Shown here piece after piece: positions 53,207-63,868 of a stretch of DNA of 64,000 nt. The notes under the pieces are model-generated. The model saw nothing but the letters and a program-made list of their open reading frames with translations, had not been told where the DNA came from and made no database searches. Both the position numbers and the translations under genes were made by a program. How positions within the stretch are numbered: the stretch's first letter is position 1; the number at the start of each line of letters is the position of its first letter. The DNA comes from an uncultured Chloroflexia bacterium (GTDB lineage: Bacteria; Chloroflexota; Anaerolineae; B4-G1; SLSP01): NCBI GenBank assembly GCA_963751345.1, contig CAVVUS010000011.1:128001-192000 (forward strand). The letters are read 5' to 3'.

Positions 53207-53976
53207 TGGTGCCCGAGCTTCGTGCCCTCCTGTCAACCGGGGGCCGCGCCGAGGCGAAACGCGCCGGCGCCTGGCACCTCAGCATACCTGAAGGGCCGGC
53301 TGCCTCCTACCGCGTCGCCCAGATTGATGACTACTCGCATCTTGGGCGCCGATCGTTTCGGTGGCAGCCGCCGCTCAAGCTGCACGTGCGTGCCCGCGTC
53401 TCCGGGCCGGCGCTCCCGGGTACCTGGGGATTCGGTCTCTGGAATGACCCGTTTACTGCACAACTGGGGTTCGGGGCCGGACACCGGCTCCCGGCGCTGC
53501 CCAATGCCGCTTGGTTCTTCTACGCCTCGCCTCCCAATTACCTCGCCCTCTCCGATTCCCATCCCGCCCAGGGCATGCTCGCGGCCACGTTTTCCTCCCC
53601 GCATGTGCCTTCATCGCTGCTTGCCCTGGGTGCACCGGTGCTCGCCCTGGCAATCCTCCCCTGGTGGGCCCGCCTGCTGCGCCGAGTTAGCCGGCATATG
53701 GTAGGGGACGATGCCATTTCCCTCGATCTCGATCCTGCCGTCTGGCACGACTACGAGGTCGAGTGGCACCAGGATCACGTAGCGTTTCGAGTGGACGAGA
53801 GGCCGTGCTTCCGCACCCCGATCAGCCCCAGGGGTCCTCTGGGATTGGTGTTGTGGATCGACAACCAGTATATGGCGCTCCCTCCGGATGGGCGATTGAG
53901 GTTTGGCGCGCTCGCGGGCCCGGATGCCTGGCTCGATCTCGACCGGGTCGGCGTGGAAGCGTCCGGCGAGGCTTAG
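53203..53976 (+). CDS. Hypothetical protein, possible concanavalin A-like fold
   Basis: GTWGFGLWNDP, WHDYEVEW, FRVD, LVLWIDNQ beta-strand pattern; coupled to neighbours. Confidence 0.5.
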   Translation: MMVPELRALLSTGGRAEAKRAGAWHLSIPEGPAASYRVAQIDDYSHLGRRSFRWQPPLKLHVRARVSGPALPGTWGFGLWNDPFTAQLGFGAGHRLPALPNAAWFFYASPPNYLALSDSHPAQGMLAATFSSPHVPSSLLALGAPVLALAILPWWARLLRRVSRHMVGDDAISLDLDPAVWHDYEVEWHQDHVAFRVDERPCFRTPISPRGPLGLVLWIDNQYMALPPDGRLRFGALAGPDAWLDLDRVGVEASGEA

Positions 53977-53996
53977 CCCGGCGTGCAGGCGCGTCG

Positions 53997-55028
53997 ATGA
54001 CTACGTCCGCGACGGCGGCAGCGCACCCCAACTTGGCCCTCGTCAAGTATTGGGGAAGATCCGACCCCGGTCTCAATATCCCTGCGAATGGCTCGATCTC
54101 CGTCAATCTCAGCGGTGCCACGACGATCACCTCGGTGGCTTTCGACTCCGCATTGCGGGAAGACGTGGTCAATGTGAACGGCAGCCCCGCCGATGCCGTC
54201 GCCTATCGTCGTGTCGTGGCTCACCTTGATCGCCTGCGTGCGATGGCGGGCGCGGTGACCCGGGCGCGCGTGGCTTCGACCAACGACTTCCCGATGGCTG
54301 TCGGCATTGCCTCTTCGGCCTCCGCGTTTGCTTCGCTCTCCCTGGCCGCTTCGCGTGCGTTGGGGCTGGATCTGACCTCGCGGCAGGTATCGATTCTCGC
54401 CCGCAAGGGATCGGGGTCGGCCTGCCGCTCCGTTCCGGATGGGTTCGCAGAGTGGCTCCGCGGTCACAACGATGAGAGCTCCTACGCCATTTCATTGGCC
54501 AAGCGAGACTACTGGGATCTGCGCATCCTGACCATCGTCATTTCTGCGGAGCCGAAGCTGATTTCATCGCTCGATGGACACCGGGCGGCTCACACCAGCC
54601 CGTTTTACGCAGCACGACTCGAGACGATCGGACAGACGCTCGATACGGTGCGTTCTGCCCTGCTGGCGCGTGATCTCGACGCGCTGGGCATGGCGGTCGA
54701 GCGGGAGGCGATGTCCCTACACGCCATCGCTATGACCTCTCGGCCGGAGGGCTATCCGTGGATGAGTGGTATTTACTACATGGCGCCGGAGACGATGCGC
54801 CTGATCCGGGCCGTGCAGCGTTGGCGGGCGGAGGGGCTCGCCGTCTACGCCACACTGGATGCCGGTCCCAGCCTCCACCTGCTCTGTCAGGCGCAAGACC
54901 AGGAGAGGGTCGCCCGAGCGGTCGCAGCGCTGGATGTAGTGCCACTAAGGGTGCTGGTCAGCCGCCCCGGTCGTGGTGCGTGGTTGGTCAATGAAACCGC
55001 CGAGGCGGATGCCTCGGCGGTGAAGTGA
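53997..55028 (+). CDS. mvaD: (Di)phosphomevalonate decarboxylase, GHMP family
   Basis: AHPNLALVKYWG, NDFP.AVGIASSASAF, RKGSGSACRS, TLDAGP. Confidence 0.9.
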   Translation: MTTSATAAAHPNLALVKYWGRSDPGLNIPANGSISVNLSGATTITSVAFDSALREDVVNVNGSPADAVAYRRVVAHLDRLRAMAGAVTRARVASTNDFPMAVGIASSASAFASLSLAASRALGLDLTSRQVSILARKGSGSACRSVPDGFAEWLRGHNDESSYAISLAKRDYWDLRILTIVISAEPKLISSLDGHRAAHTSPFYAARLETIGQTLDTVRSALLARDLDALGMAVEREAMSLHAIAMTSRPEGYPWMSGIYYMAPETMRLIRAVQRWRAEGLAVYATLDAGPSLHLLCQAQDQERVARAVAALDVVPLRVLVSRPGRGAWLVNETAEADASAVK

Positions 55029-55097
55029 TGAACGTACCGGCCTGAACCTAGTGCAAGAGTCAGTAGAGCTGTTCGGGAAAGGATTTTGACCTCGTTT

Positions 55098-55155
55098 CAG
55101 GCGGATCTGTGATCCGCCGGGTCACCGTGCAGACGGCGGATCACAGATCCGCCTG
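55098..55155. repeat. REP doublet (REPIN-like) between convergent genes
   Basis: 22-bp perfect inverted arms CAGGCGGATCTGTGATCCGCCG / CGGCGGATCACAGATCCGCCTG, each arm itself palindromic. Confidence 0.75.
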
Positions 55156-55204
55156 GAACGTATGCCTTGGGAACCTATTACCGAAAAGCTGCTATGCAAC
55201 TGCC

Positions 55205-56466
55205 CTAGATCACGGTATTGTCCGGGATGACGGCTCCCTTGGGCACGACGACGATGCCATCGCGCACAACGTACGTGTCCGTTTCCTCTTCCTCGGCTCC
55301 CTCGTGGTTACGGATGACGACGTTGCGGCCGATGCGGACGTTCTTGTCCAGGATGGCGTTCTCGATGACGCTGCCATCGCCGACGCCCATACTCGGCAGA
55401 CCCAGATGAGCGTTCTCCTCAATCTGCACCAGAGTTTCATAGTAATCGGCGCCCATCATAACCACGCGGTGGAGATGCGCGCCCGGCCTCACAATGCTGC
55501 GGAGGCCGATGACGCTGTCCGCCACCGCGGCATTGTTGATTTGACATCCGGGAGCGAGAACCACACGGTGGATGCTTGAATCCAGGACCCGGCTGCCGGA
55601 GAGATAACGTGCGCGGGTGTAGATAGGCCATTCGGGTGCAAAGAAGTCAAAGGGTGGATTCGGCCCTGCGAGCGCCAGGTTGACCTCGTAGAAGGTGCGC
55701 ATCGTGCCGATATCCTCCCAGTATCCCTCGAACTGATAGGCAGAGACGCGCAGCCCTTCCGCAATCGCAGCGGGTATGATGTGCTTCCCGAAGTCCGACC
55801 CCGGCTCCTCCCGGAGGATTTTGTTCAGGACCTGGGCGCCGAAAACGTAGATGCCCATTGAGGCGAGATAGGGTTTGTCACCCGGCAGACTGGCCAGATC
55901 TTTCAGCCGCTCCGGCGAGGGCTTCTCGACCCACTCCGTAATACTCCCGTTCTCGTCGGCCTTAAGGATGCCCAGGCTCGGGGCCTGTTCTGCGGACACG
56001 GGCTGCGCTGCAATGGTGATGGCTGCTTCATGGCTCTCGTGGTGTTGAACGAAGAGAGAGTAGTCCATCCGGTACAGGTGATCCCCCGCCAGGATCACGA
56101 TATTGCGCGGTTCCTGCACCTGCAGTTGGAAAAGCTGCTTGCGCAGGGCGTCCGCGGTCCCCTGATACCACGCCTGGCTGCCGGCGTCTGCTCGGCCGCG
56201 AGGATGCGCACCCATCCCCCCGAGAAGCTGTCGAACTGGTAAGTCCGGGTGACGTGGCGATGCAGCGAGACCGAGTTGTACTGCGTAAGGACGTAGATCC
56301 GGTTGATCCCGGAGTTGATGCAATTGCTCATCGGAATGTCGATGAGACGGTAGTAACCAGCCAGAGGCACCGCCGGCTTGGCCCGAAGCTTGGTAAGGGG
56401 GTAGAGTCGCGAGCCCGCACCTCCCCCCATAATGACACCCAGGGTGTCTCTCATGAAACTGAGCAT
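55205..56466 (-). CDS. glgC: Glucose-1-phosphate adenylyltransferase (frameshift near 56180)
   Basis: [55 protein letters not shown]. Confidence 0.93.
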
Positions 56467-56701
56467 GAAGATCCTCCTATCGACGCGGCGTACGAAGCGC
56501 GGCAGGTTGCTCTGCCCCTAGACGAACGATGACGCGGCCGGAAGGTCGCAATTGTCCTATCCATATGTCTGAAACTCATTATATCCAGACGTTGTGGATA
56601 GCAAGCGGAACTGCGTTGCACGTTCACGTTTCAACGGTCCACCTGCTGACGTGCCAGGCGCTCTGTTGACTGTGTTGCTCTCTGGGCTATCATTGCGCCC
56701 G

Positions 56702-58717
56702 ATGCCGCCTAAGTCCCGCGCCCATTTCGTGTTGCTGATAGCGATCCTGACCCTGGGCGTTGCCCTGAGGTTCTCGCAGCCTACCCTTGTCGAGTTCAAA
56801 CGGGATGAGGCGACGGTGGCGCGGTTGGGGCAAGCGATTGCCTTCGAGGGATATCTTCCTGCGGTCGGGGTGGACTCCTCACTGGGCATCGACAATCTGC
56901 CGCTGACGCTCTATCTGGTGGCACTCCCCTTGCGACTCTGGTCGGATCCGCTGGCTGCAGTGCTCTTCACGATGTTGCTCAATAGCCTGGCCTTGCCGGC
57001 GTGCTATCTTCTGGCCAAGGAGGCGCTGGGAAAGCGGGCAGCGCTGCTGAGCACATTGCTCTTCGCCGTGAGTCCCTGGGCCGTGCTCTACGCCCGCAAG
57101 ATCTGGTCGCGTACGCTGCCGATCTTCACCCTTGCCTTGATGGCGTCTCTGTTCCTGACTTTTGTGCGGCGGCGGCGATGGGCGCTCGTGGCCGCGTTTG
57201 CCAGCCTGGCAGCGCTGGTGGGGCTCCAACTTGAGGCCCTGGCCTTCGCTCCGATCCTCGTGCTGGCTCTCGTGCTCTATCGGGATGCCGTCGCCTGGCG
57301 TCCGCTCCTCATCGGCGTGCTCGTCGCTCTCTGTCTCGTCTCGCCCTATATCGTTCACGACGCTGCGAACGGATGGGAGAATGCGCGCGGCCTGATCACG
57401 TATGCCAGGGGTGGCGGCACCTTCTCGTGGGACGCCCTGCGGTACACCTTCGCGTTGCTTGGCAGTCAGGGCATTGAGGGCCAGGCCGGCCCATTCCACC
57501 TGCAGTTCGCCGCCGGCGTGCCGCCCTTCTGGTGGCTCAACGGTGTGTTGAGCGTCTTGTTGGTGGCTGCAGTGGGGTACGGGCTCTATCAGGCCGTCCG
57601 TGGACATACCCGGGAGCGACGCCGGACGTTCACGCTGCTGCTGTTGTGGTTCGCCGTTCCGGTCCTGCTGCAGCTCAGGCCGTCTGCGCCGACGCAGCAG
57701 CACTACTTCGTGATGCACTACCCCGTGCAGTTCATGCTCATCGCAGCCTTCGTGGTGGGCATTCATAGGTGGGTGTCGCGCCGGGTGAGCGGGGGAGCGG
57801 GGAGGCTGATCGTGCGCTACGTGACCTCCGCGCTCGTGGTCTTGCTCGTATTGGGCTGCGGGTGGCAGGTGCTCGTGACAGCGGAGCTGCGCGCGATGAT
57901 GGTGGCGCATCCGACGACCGGGGGATACGGGACGCCGCTGCGATACACGCGTCAGGCGGCGCGCGAGGCGGAGCGTCTGGCCCAGGGCAGTGAGGTCATC
58001 GTCCTGAGCGAGGAAACCCGGCCCTTCGTAACCGAGACGCCGACCGTCTTCGATGCCTTGCTCTTCGGGACGCCGCATCGCTTTGCCGATCCACGTGCCG
58101 CCGTGCCGTTTCCCGAGCGCGACCGATTCGTCTATCTGGTCGGACCGATCTCTCCGGATACGGAGGAAGACGTGGGTGTGGCGCGACTCGCCCAGCTGGC
58201 ATCTATTGAACCTGGCCCAGGCGTGACGCTGCGCGACGGGGTCAGCTATGGCACATTCCTGGGAACCGCTTCGAGCCGCGACGAGGCGCTTGAGGGATTG
58301 ACGTCACTGGGTCCGGGTGTCCCATTCGCCAACAACGTCGTCTTTGCTGCCTACGAGGCGGCCCCATCGATTCGGGTCGGAGAGACTCTGGAGGTCTGGT
58401 TGGCTTGGTGGCTGCGTGACGTGCCCCCCGAGGATGCCGATTACCATTTCACGGCGCAAGTACTCGGTGATGACGGTGCGCTTCAGGGTCAGGACGATCA
58501 AGCCGGATTCCCATCGTCCGGCTGGGCAGCGGGCGACCTGGTCCTCAGCCACTTCACGGTGATCGTGCCGGACCGGATGCCTCCGGGGAGCTACCGGCTG
58601 CGCGCCGGCATGTACAGCTACCCGGAGATCCGCGCGGTTCCCGTCGTCGATGTGCAGGGCGAGCCGGTGGACGATGGGCTCACGCTGGAGGAGATTGCGA
58701 TTGGACCAATCTTCTGA
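56702..58717 (+). CDS. GT39/ArnT-PMT-like (GT-C) membrane glycosyltransferase
   Basis: EFKRDE, SPWAVLYARKIW, many TMs; C-terminal beta domain ending PGSYRLRAGMY. Confidence 0.75.
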   Translation: MPPKSRAHFVLLIAILTLGVALRFSQPTLVEFKRDEATVARLGQAIAFEGYLPAVGVDSSLGIDNLPLTLYLVALPLRLWSDPLAAVLFTMLLNSLALPACYLLAKEALGKRAALLSTLLFAVSPWAVLYARKIWSRTLPIFTLALMASLFLTFVRRRRWALVAAFASLAALVGLQLEALAFAPILVLALVLYRDAVAWRPLLIGVLVALCLVSPYIVHDAANGWENARGLITYARGGGTFSWDALRYTFALLGSQGIEGQAGPFHLQFAAGVPPFWWLNGVLSVLLVAAVGYGLYQAVRGHTRERRRTFTLLLLWFAVPVLLQLRPSAPTQQHYFVMHYPVQFMLIAAFVVGIHRWVSRRVSGGAGRLIVRYVTSALVVLLVLGCGWQVLVTAELRAMMVAHPTTGGYGTPLRYTRQAAREAERLAQGSEVIVLSEETRPFVTETPTVFDALLFGTPHRFADPRAAVPFPERDRFVYLVGPISPDTEEDVGVARLAQLASIEPGPGVTLRDGVSYGTFLGTASSRDEALEGLTSLGPGVPFANNVVFAAYEAAPSIRVGETLEVWLAWWLRDVPPEDADYHFTAQVLGDDGALQGQDDQAGFPSSGWAAGDLVLSHFTVIVPDRMPPGSYRLRAGMYSYPEIRAVPVVDVQGEPVDDGLTLEEIAIGPIF

Positions 58718-58733
58718 GATTGGTCCAATCTAC
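58699..58733. repeat. GTAG-type REP-like hairpin overlapping the GT39 stop codon
   Basis: GATTGGACCAATCT-TCTG-AGATTGGTCCAATC-TAC; the minus strand begins GTAG. Confidence 0.6.
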
Positions 58734-58746
58734 CGTCGCCACTTCT

Positions 58747-59838
58747 CTAGTGCTGACCGGCGAACTTGGGTGATGGCGCAGCGTTGATGACCTGATCCAC
58801 CACGTCTGTCAGCTCGCTGAAGCTGTCGTTGTTGTAGGTCTCAATGGCGCCCTGATCCCCCAGGCTGGCCATCTGGGGATCGATGCCGATCTCGCCCAGG
58901 AAGCGGGTATTGAAGGTCTCTGCCATTGCTCTCGTATCGCCCGTTCCAAAGAGCGTAAAGCGCTCACCGCAGTGCGGGCATATCACGTAGCTCATATTCT
59001 CAATGAGGCCGATGAGAGGGGTGTCGAGGTGGCCGGCCATATGCGCGGCCTTGCGCACCACCATCCCTGCCAGATCTTGGGGCGACGTCACCAGGACGAT
59101 CCCCGTCACCGGCAGCCCCTGCATAACGGTGAGTGCTGCGTCCGACGTGCCCGGTGGCATGTCCACGACCAGCGCGTCGAGGTCTCCCCAGAATACATCG
59201 TTCCAGAACTGGTTGATCGCGCTCGTGATCATCGGCCCGCGCCAGATCACCGCCTGCTCCTCATCTTCAAGCATCAAGTTGATCGACATGATCTTGATGC
59301 CCGTGGAGGTCTGGGGCGGCATAATCCCCAGGGGGGACATCGTGGGTGGCTCTTTCACCCCGAACAACTTGGGAATGCTGGGTCCGGTGATGTCCGAGTC
59401 CAGCACGCCGACCCGTCGTCCCCTACGCCTCAAGCCAACAGCCAGCATGGCCGCGACCGTCGACTTTCCGACGCCGCCCTTACCGCTCATCACCGCGATG
59501 ACGGTCTTCACCTTGTTGAGATTGCCCGCCGGGGAGCTCGACTGCTGGCCGCTCTGACCGTGCAGCTTTTCGCGCATCGCCTCTCGCTCTTTGTCGGTCA
59601 TCGCCGTCAACGAGATCTCTACGTTGAGCCCGTCTTCCAGCGCGTCGACGGCCTGCCCGGCATCGGCGGCGATTTCGTCACGTAGCGGGCAGTTCGGTAC
59701 GGTCAAGGCGATGGTGACGTGAACGTCCTTCCCCTTGATCGTGATGTCGCGGATCATGCCCAGCTCGACGATGCTCCGATGCAGCTCAGGATCGATTACT
59801 TGTCGGAGTGCTTCCAGTACCTGCTCTTTCGATGCCAC
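58747..59838 (-). CDS. mrp: Mrp/NBP35 (ApbC) Fe-S cluster carrier ATPase
   Basis: DUF59 N-terminus (DPEL..SIVELG), SGKGGVGKST, WRGPM, DMPPGT, ENMS..CPHC. Confidence 0.93.
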   Translation of the reverse strand: MASKEQVLEALRQVIDPELHRSIVELGMIRDITIKGKDVHVTIALTVPNCPLRDEIAADAGQAVDALEDGLNVEISLTAMTDKEREAMREKLHGQSGQQSSSPAGNLNKVKTVIAVMSGKGGVGKSTVAAMLAVGLRRRGRRVGVLDSDITGPSIPKLFGVKEPPTMSPLGIMPPQTSTGIKIMSINLMLEDEEQAVIWRGPMITSAINQFWNDVFWGDLDALVVDMPPGTSDAALTVMQGLPVTGIVLVTSPQDLAGMVVRKAAHMAGHLDTPLIGLIENMSYVICPHCGERFTLFGTGDTRAMAETFNTRFLGEIGIDPQMASLGDQGAIETYNNDSFSELTDVVDQVINAAPSPKFAGQH

Positions 59839-59964
59839 TCTTATCCTCCAGGAGATATGCTGTAACGATAATGGTTAGGTGCCGGGCCCCTGACCTCTTC
59901 CGCAAGAAGCCCCCCGTCTCGGGGGGCTTAGAGAAACCTGGCGACTATGTCCGCCACTCCCGCC

Positions 59965-60520
59965 TCACACTGCAGCAGTTTCTGCAGATCGCTCTCCCTC
60001 CCTGGCCTCCTCCGCCTCCTCTTCTCCGTGCCGAACCTCCCAGATCCGATCGGGTGCGACGAGGCGATCGATGTACAAGAACGCCGTTGACGTGATCGAT
60101 CTCGTGCTGGAACACCCGCGCGAGGTATCCCTTGGGCCGCATGTGGAACTTCCCGCCGTGCCGGTCCATGCCGCGTACAAGTACCTCAATGGCGCGCTCA
60201 ACCTCGCCTACATAGCCGGGTATGGAGAGACAACCCTCCACCCCAATTTCGACCTCCCGAGACTCCTTGACGATTTCGGGGTTGACCACGACATACAGCT
60301 CGCCACTTCCCCGGACTTCCTCGTCTTCCGGCAACTCCACGACGATGATCTTGTGCATTTCGCCGACTTGTACGGCAGCCAGGCCGACGCCATCGGCGTC
60401 GTGCATGGTCTCCACCATATCATCGATCAGTTGCTCCAGTTCGGGCGTGATCGTCTCAACTAGTCGTGATCGCTCACGTAGGCGAGGGTCCCCAACTGTG
60501 ATGATCTCCCGCAATGCCAT
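59965..60520 (-). CDS. def: Peptide deformylase (frameshift near 60075)
   Basis: GVGLAAVQ, EGCLSIPG, QHEIDH. Confidence 0.95.
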
Positions 60521-60586
60521 ATTGCCTCCAACTATTCTTTCCCAATGTTCAGTTTGTTCACTTACGAGGCACTGTTATGCAGCGCC

Positions 60587-62685
60587 TTACGATTCCCCTG
60601 TCCGACGCAACTCGTCATAGGTGGAAAACCAATTGAGCAGCTCCTGCTGCCGCCGAGTGGCCTCCGCCTGAATCTGACGCTGCCGGTACTCGTACTGGCG
60701 ATTGGAGATCGTCTGCTGGACGTCCTCGGGCGCCGAACCCATCGCAGTCGGAACTGCCCCTCCGTACCGGCTGTCTCAAATCCCACGTGGCCGTAGTCGA
60801 GGATGCGTGCGAAGATCGTGGGCACCTCGTAACTCAGGTTCTGGATGCGATCAAGGCGCGTCTCACGCCGCGTCTCCCGGAGCAGCAATGGAAGACGATC
60901 TACGAGGATAATGTGGCTGCCCGTCAACTGGAAATAGTCGTTCCGCCAGTCTTCGACGAACCAGAGCAGCGCGGCGAACGCAATCGCCTCCACAAAGAGC
61001 CAGGCGACCAACCATCCCGGAAACGATGGCGTGCCGGCACGTGTCGCCAAGTAGAACGGCCCACCGATTGTGAGCAGGAGGAAGGGCACCAGCGCCGGTG
61101 CGCTCCAGACGACCCCCGGCAGCCAGTAACGTTTCCAGATGATGATGTTCCCATCATCGATCTCGATTCTCGCCGGCGGGAAGAGATATTCCCAGAGCGA
61201 TTTCAACAGCACCCCGAGCTCCACACCCCCAGGCTGTCTTGGCCTTACGGGCCCGGGACTGCCGGCGGCGGGCTGTTCCTCCTCTTCGGTTGGCTCCAGG
61301 CGATGTGAAAGCATATCCCGAATCTGTCCGCGGGTCTTCAGCACGTCCCGTGCCTTTGTGCGTCCAACTTCGCGAGAGATCAGCATACGCAGTGCGTCGG
61401 GCGCGGGCACGTAGCTCATGTCGACGTCGACCGTCTCGCCGGCTGTCTCGAGCACCAGATTGCCGTAGTCCAGCAAGTTGGACATCAGGCCCGATTGCGT
61501 CTCAGAGATATCGACGACATTGTCGAGAGGCGACTCCTGCTGGTGCGTTGAGAAGGGCCCGGTGCGCTCAATATGGACCACACGTTGGGTGGTCACGACG
61601 AAGTAGTCGTCACGCCAGTTGATGTACTGCCAGCCGATACCCAAGACAAGCCCCACGATCGGTATCGACAGGAGCCCCCCAAGCGCCATCAGCATAGTCT
61701 CGCCGGTCATCAACAGCATCACGACGGCGGGAAGAAGGAGCAGCAGGACAACGGCAGGCGCGACGGCCTGGCGGGAGAGCCGGATCCAGTGTCGCTGGAT
61801 CGAAGCGATCACCCACTCATCCTCGCGTAGCCAGTCGAACTGGCGAAGGTTGCGCCGCCGGGCGACCTCCGGCGAGATGTTCAGCCTGCGCTCGAGATAG
61901 GGGCGTTTCTCGATCAAATCGTTCAGTTCGACCCGCAGCAGGTAGAGCACGCGCGCGTTCCCTTCGGCCATCGCGGTGACGTCGTGGTAGTCTCCGACCA
62001 GGAGCCCCGTCTCGCCGGCGCGGTCCCCCGGCCCAAGTAGGCCGACCTCGAGGGTGACGCCCTGCTGGTTGATAGCCGTCAGCCGGATTTGCCCCTCGGT
62101 GACGTAGATCATCCGATCCGACACCTCTCCCTGTCGAAAGAGCCACTCGCCGTGCTGGTAGACCTGATCGTGCGTGATCTTGGCGATCTGGTAAAGCTCG
62201 AGGTCGCCCATTCGATCTTCCAGGCGGCTGAACAAGGGGATCTTCTTCAGGGTGTCGACCAGGACGTCGGGTTTGAGCGGACCCGGAAGACGCTCGCGAA
62301 GGTACTCGCTCTTCTGGTAGGCCCGGACGAGATCGCGGAAACGCAGGATGAGCACCTCGGTCTCGTCGATGGCTTGCACGGTCAGCCTTTCGTAATCGCC
62401 TATCCTGAGGCTCAGCCTCCCCAAGGATGCGCCCGCGGACCTGGTTCCTAGAACCTCAGGGGGCGCATCCTGGACGTCGGAGGGCCTCTGAATCCGCACA
62501 CGGCCGCTCACGATGAGAATCGCCTTGTCCGGGATCTGATCCGCCCGCAGCAGTTGCTCGCCGGCGCCGTAGGTCCTTTCGTCGACGAATGGAACCAGAC
62601 GGAGGAGTTCTCGGTCTCCTTCGTCATCAAGATCCCTGAACATCGGGATCTGCTTCAGGTGCATGAGTACGTCGCGCGGTTCCAT
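60587..62685 (-). CDS. Membrane protein with two cNMP-binding domains and two bacterial PH (bPH_2-like) domains (frameshift near 60725)
   Basis: LKQIPMF/LKKIPLF repeats, LFRQGE, GETGLL; twice TM-TM-W(R)xDYF...YG.(L/V)..ETAG; corrected end ...RRTGES* at 60587. Confidence 0.75.
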
Positions 62686-62709
62686 TTAATTGATTATACC
62701 ATAGTCTTC

Positions 62710-63868
62710 TTATTGAGGGGCATAGGTTTCCGCCAGAGCTGTGCGGAATGCCGCGAGTGTCTCGCCCGCAGTGCGCGCCCAGGAGAAGCTGCGACTCCGG
62801 TCGATAGCGTGGGTGCGCATCTCTTCGTAGAATGCTTGATCGCAGAGCAGCTGGATGAGCGCACCGGCCATCCCCTCGGCGTCCTCCGGCGGCAGGAGGA
62901 CACCTGCGTCACCGACCACCTCAGGAAGACTCGACACGTTGCTCGCTACCACGGGGGTGCCACAGGATATCGCCTCCAATGGCGGGTAACCGAAGCCTTC
63001 ATAGGTCGAGGGGAAGATCAAGGCCCGGGCTCCTCGGTAGAGCGCAGGTTTGGAGGGCTCCGCGACAAAGTCCAGAAAGTGCACGGTCTCCTCGGACAGG
63101 CCTGCCTCGTGGGCCAGCCTACGCGGATCCGGCGTGAATGGCGTGTCGCGGGCAGGAAGCCGCCCGCCGACGGCCAGTCGGAGCGTCGGGATAGGCCCGA
63201 TGGGCTATGGCAAAGGCCGTCATCACCGTTCTCAGGTTCTTCCGGATGTCAAAGCCACCCAGATAGAGTACGTAGGTATCCGGAAGCCCGAGCTCGGCGC
63301 GTATGGCCGCATCGGTCGCCGCCGGATCGGGTGAGTACTCCGGCCCGAGGGCTAGAGGCACGGCGCGCACCCGCTCGCGCGGCAGGCCGAGATGGCGCGT
63401 GAGGTCGTCTCCGGATGCCCTGGAGTCCGTGAGCACGAGGGTAGCCGCGGGGGTGGCAGCCCTGACCAGCGCGGTATAGAGCCTCACCCGGGCATCGCCT
63501 CGATAGGCAGGCAGGATGAGAGGGATGATATCGTGAATCGTGACGACGAAGGGGAGGGGAGAGCGTGCCGGAGGCGCCCAATAGGGCACGTGAAGCAGGT
63601 CCGCCTCGTGGTCCCGGGCCAATCTCGGTACCTGAACTTGCTCCCACCACACCTTGCGCAGGTTCGTCCTGGGGACACTAAGGGAGGTGATGCGAACGTT
63701 GGCGAGACCCGCGAGACCGGCTGTGCTGCCGGTCGCCAAGGATGGGACCAGAACGTCTATCTGCAAGGTAGCATCCGACTGCGCCAGGGCGCCTACCAGG
63801 CGCTGGACGTACTGGCCGCTGCCGGTTTCTGGGAGATCCCAGAACCATCCATTCACTGCAACACGCAT
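62710..63868 (-). CDS. Glycosyltransferase family 4 (frameshifted)
   Basis: TIHDIIP, YLGGFDIRKN, FPSTYEGFGYPPLEA..CGTPVV.SN.SSLPEV. Confidence 0.9.
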
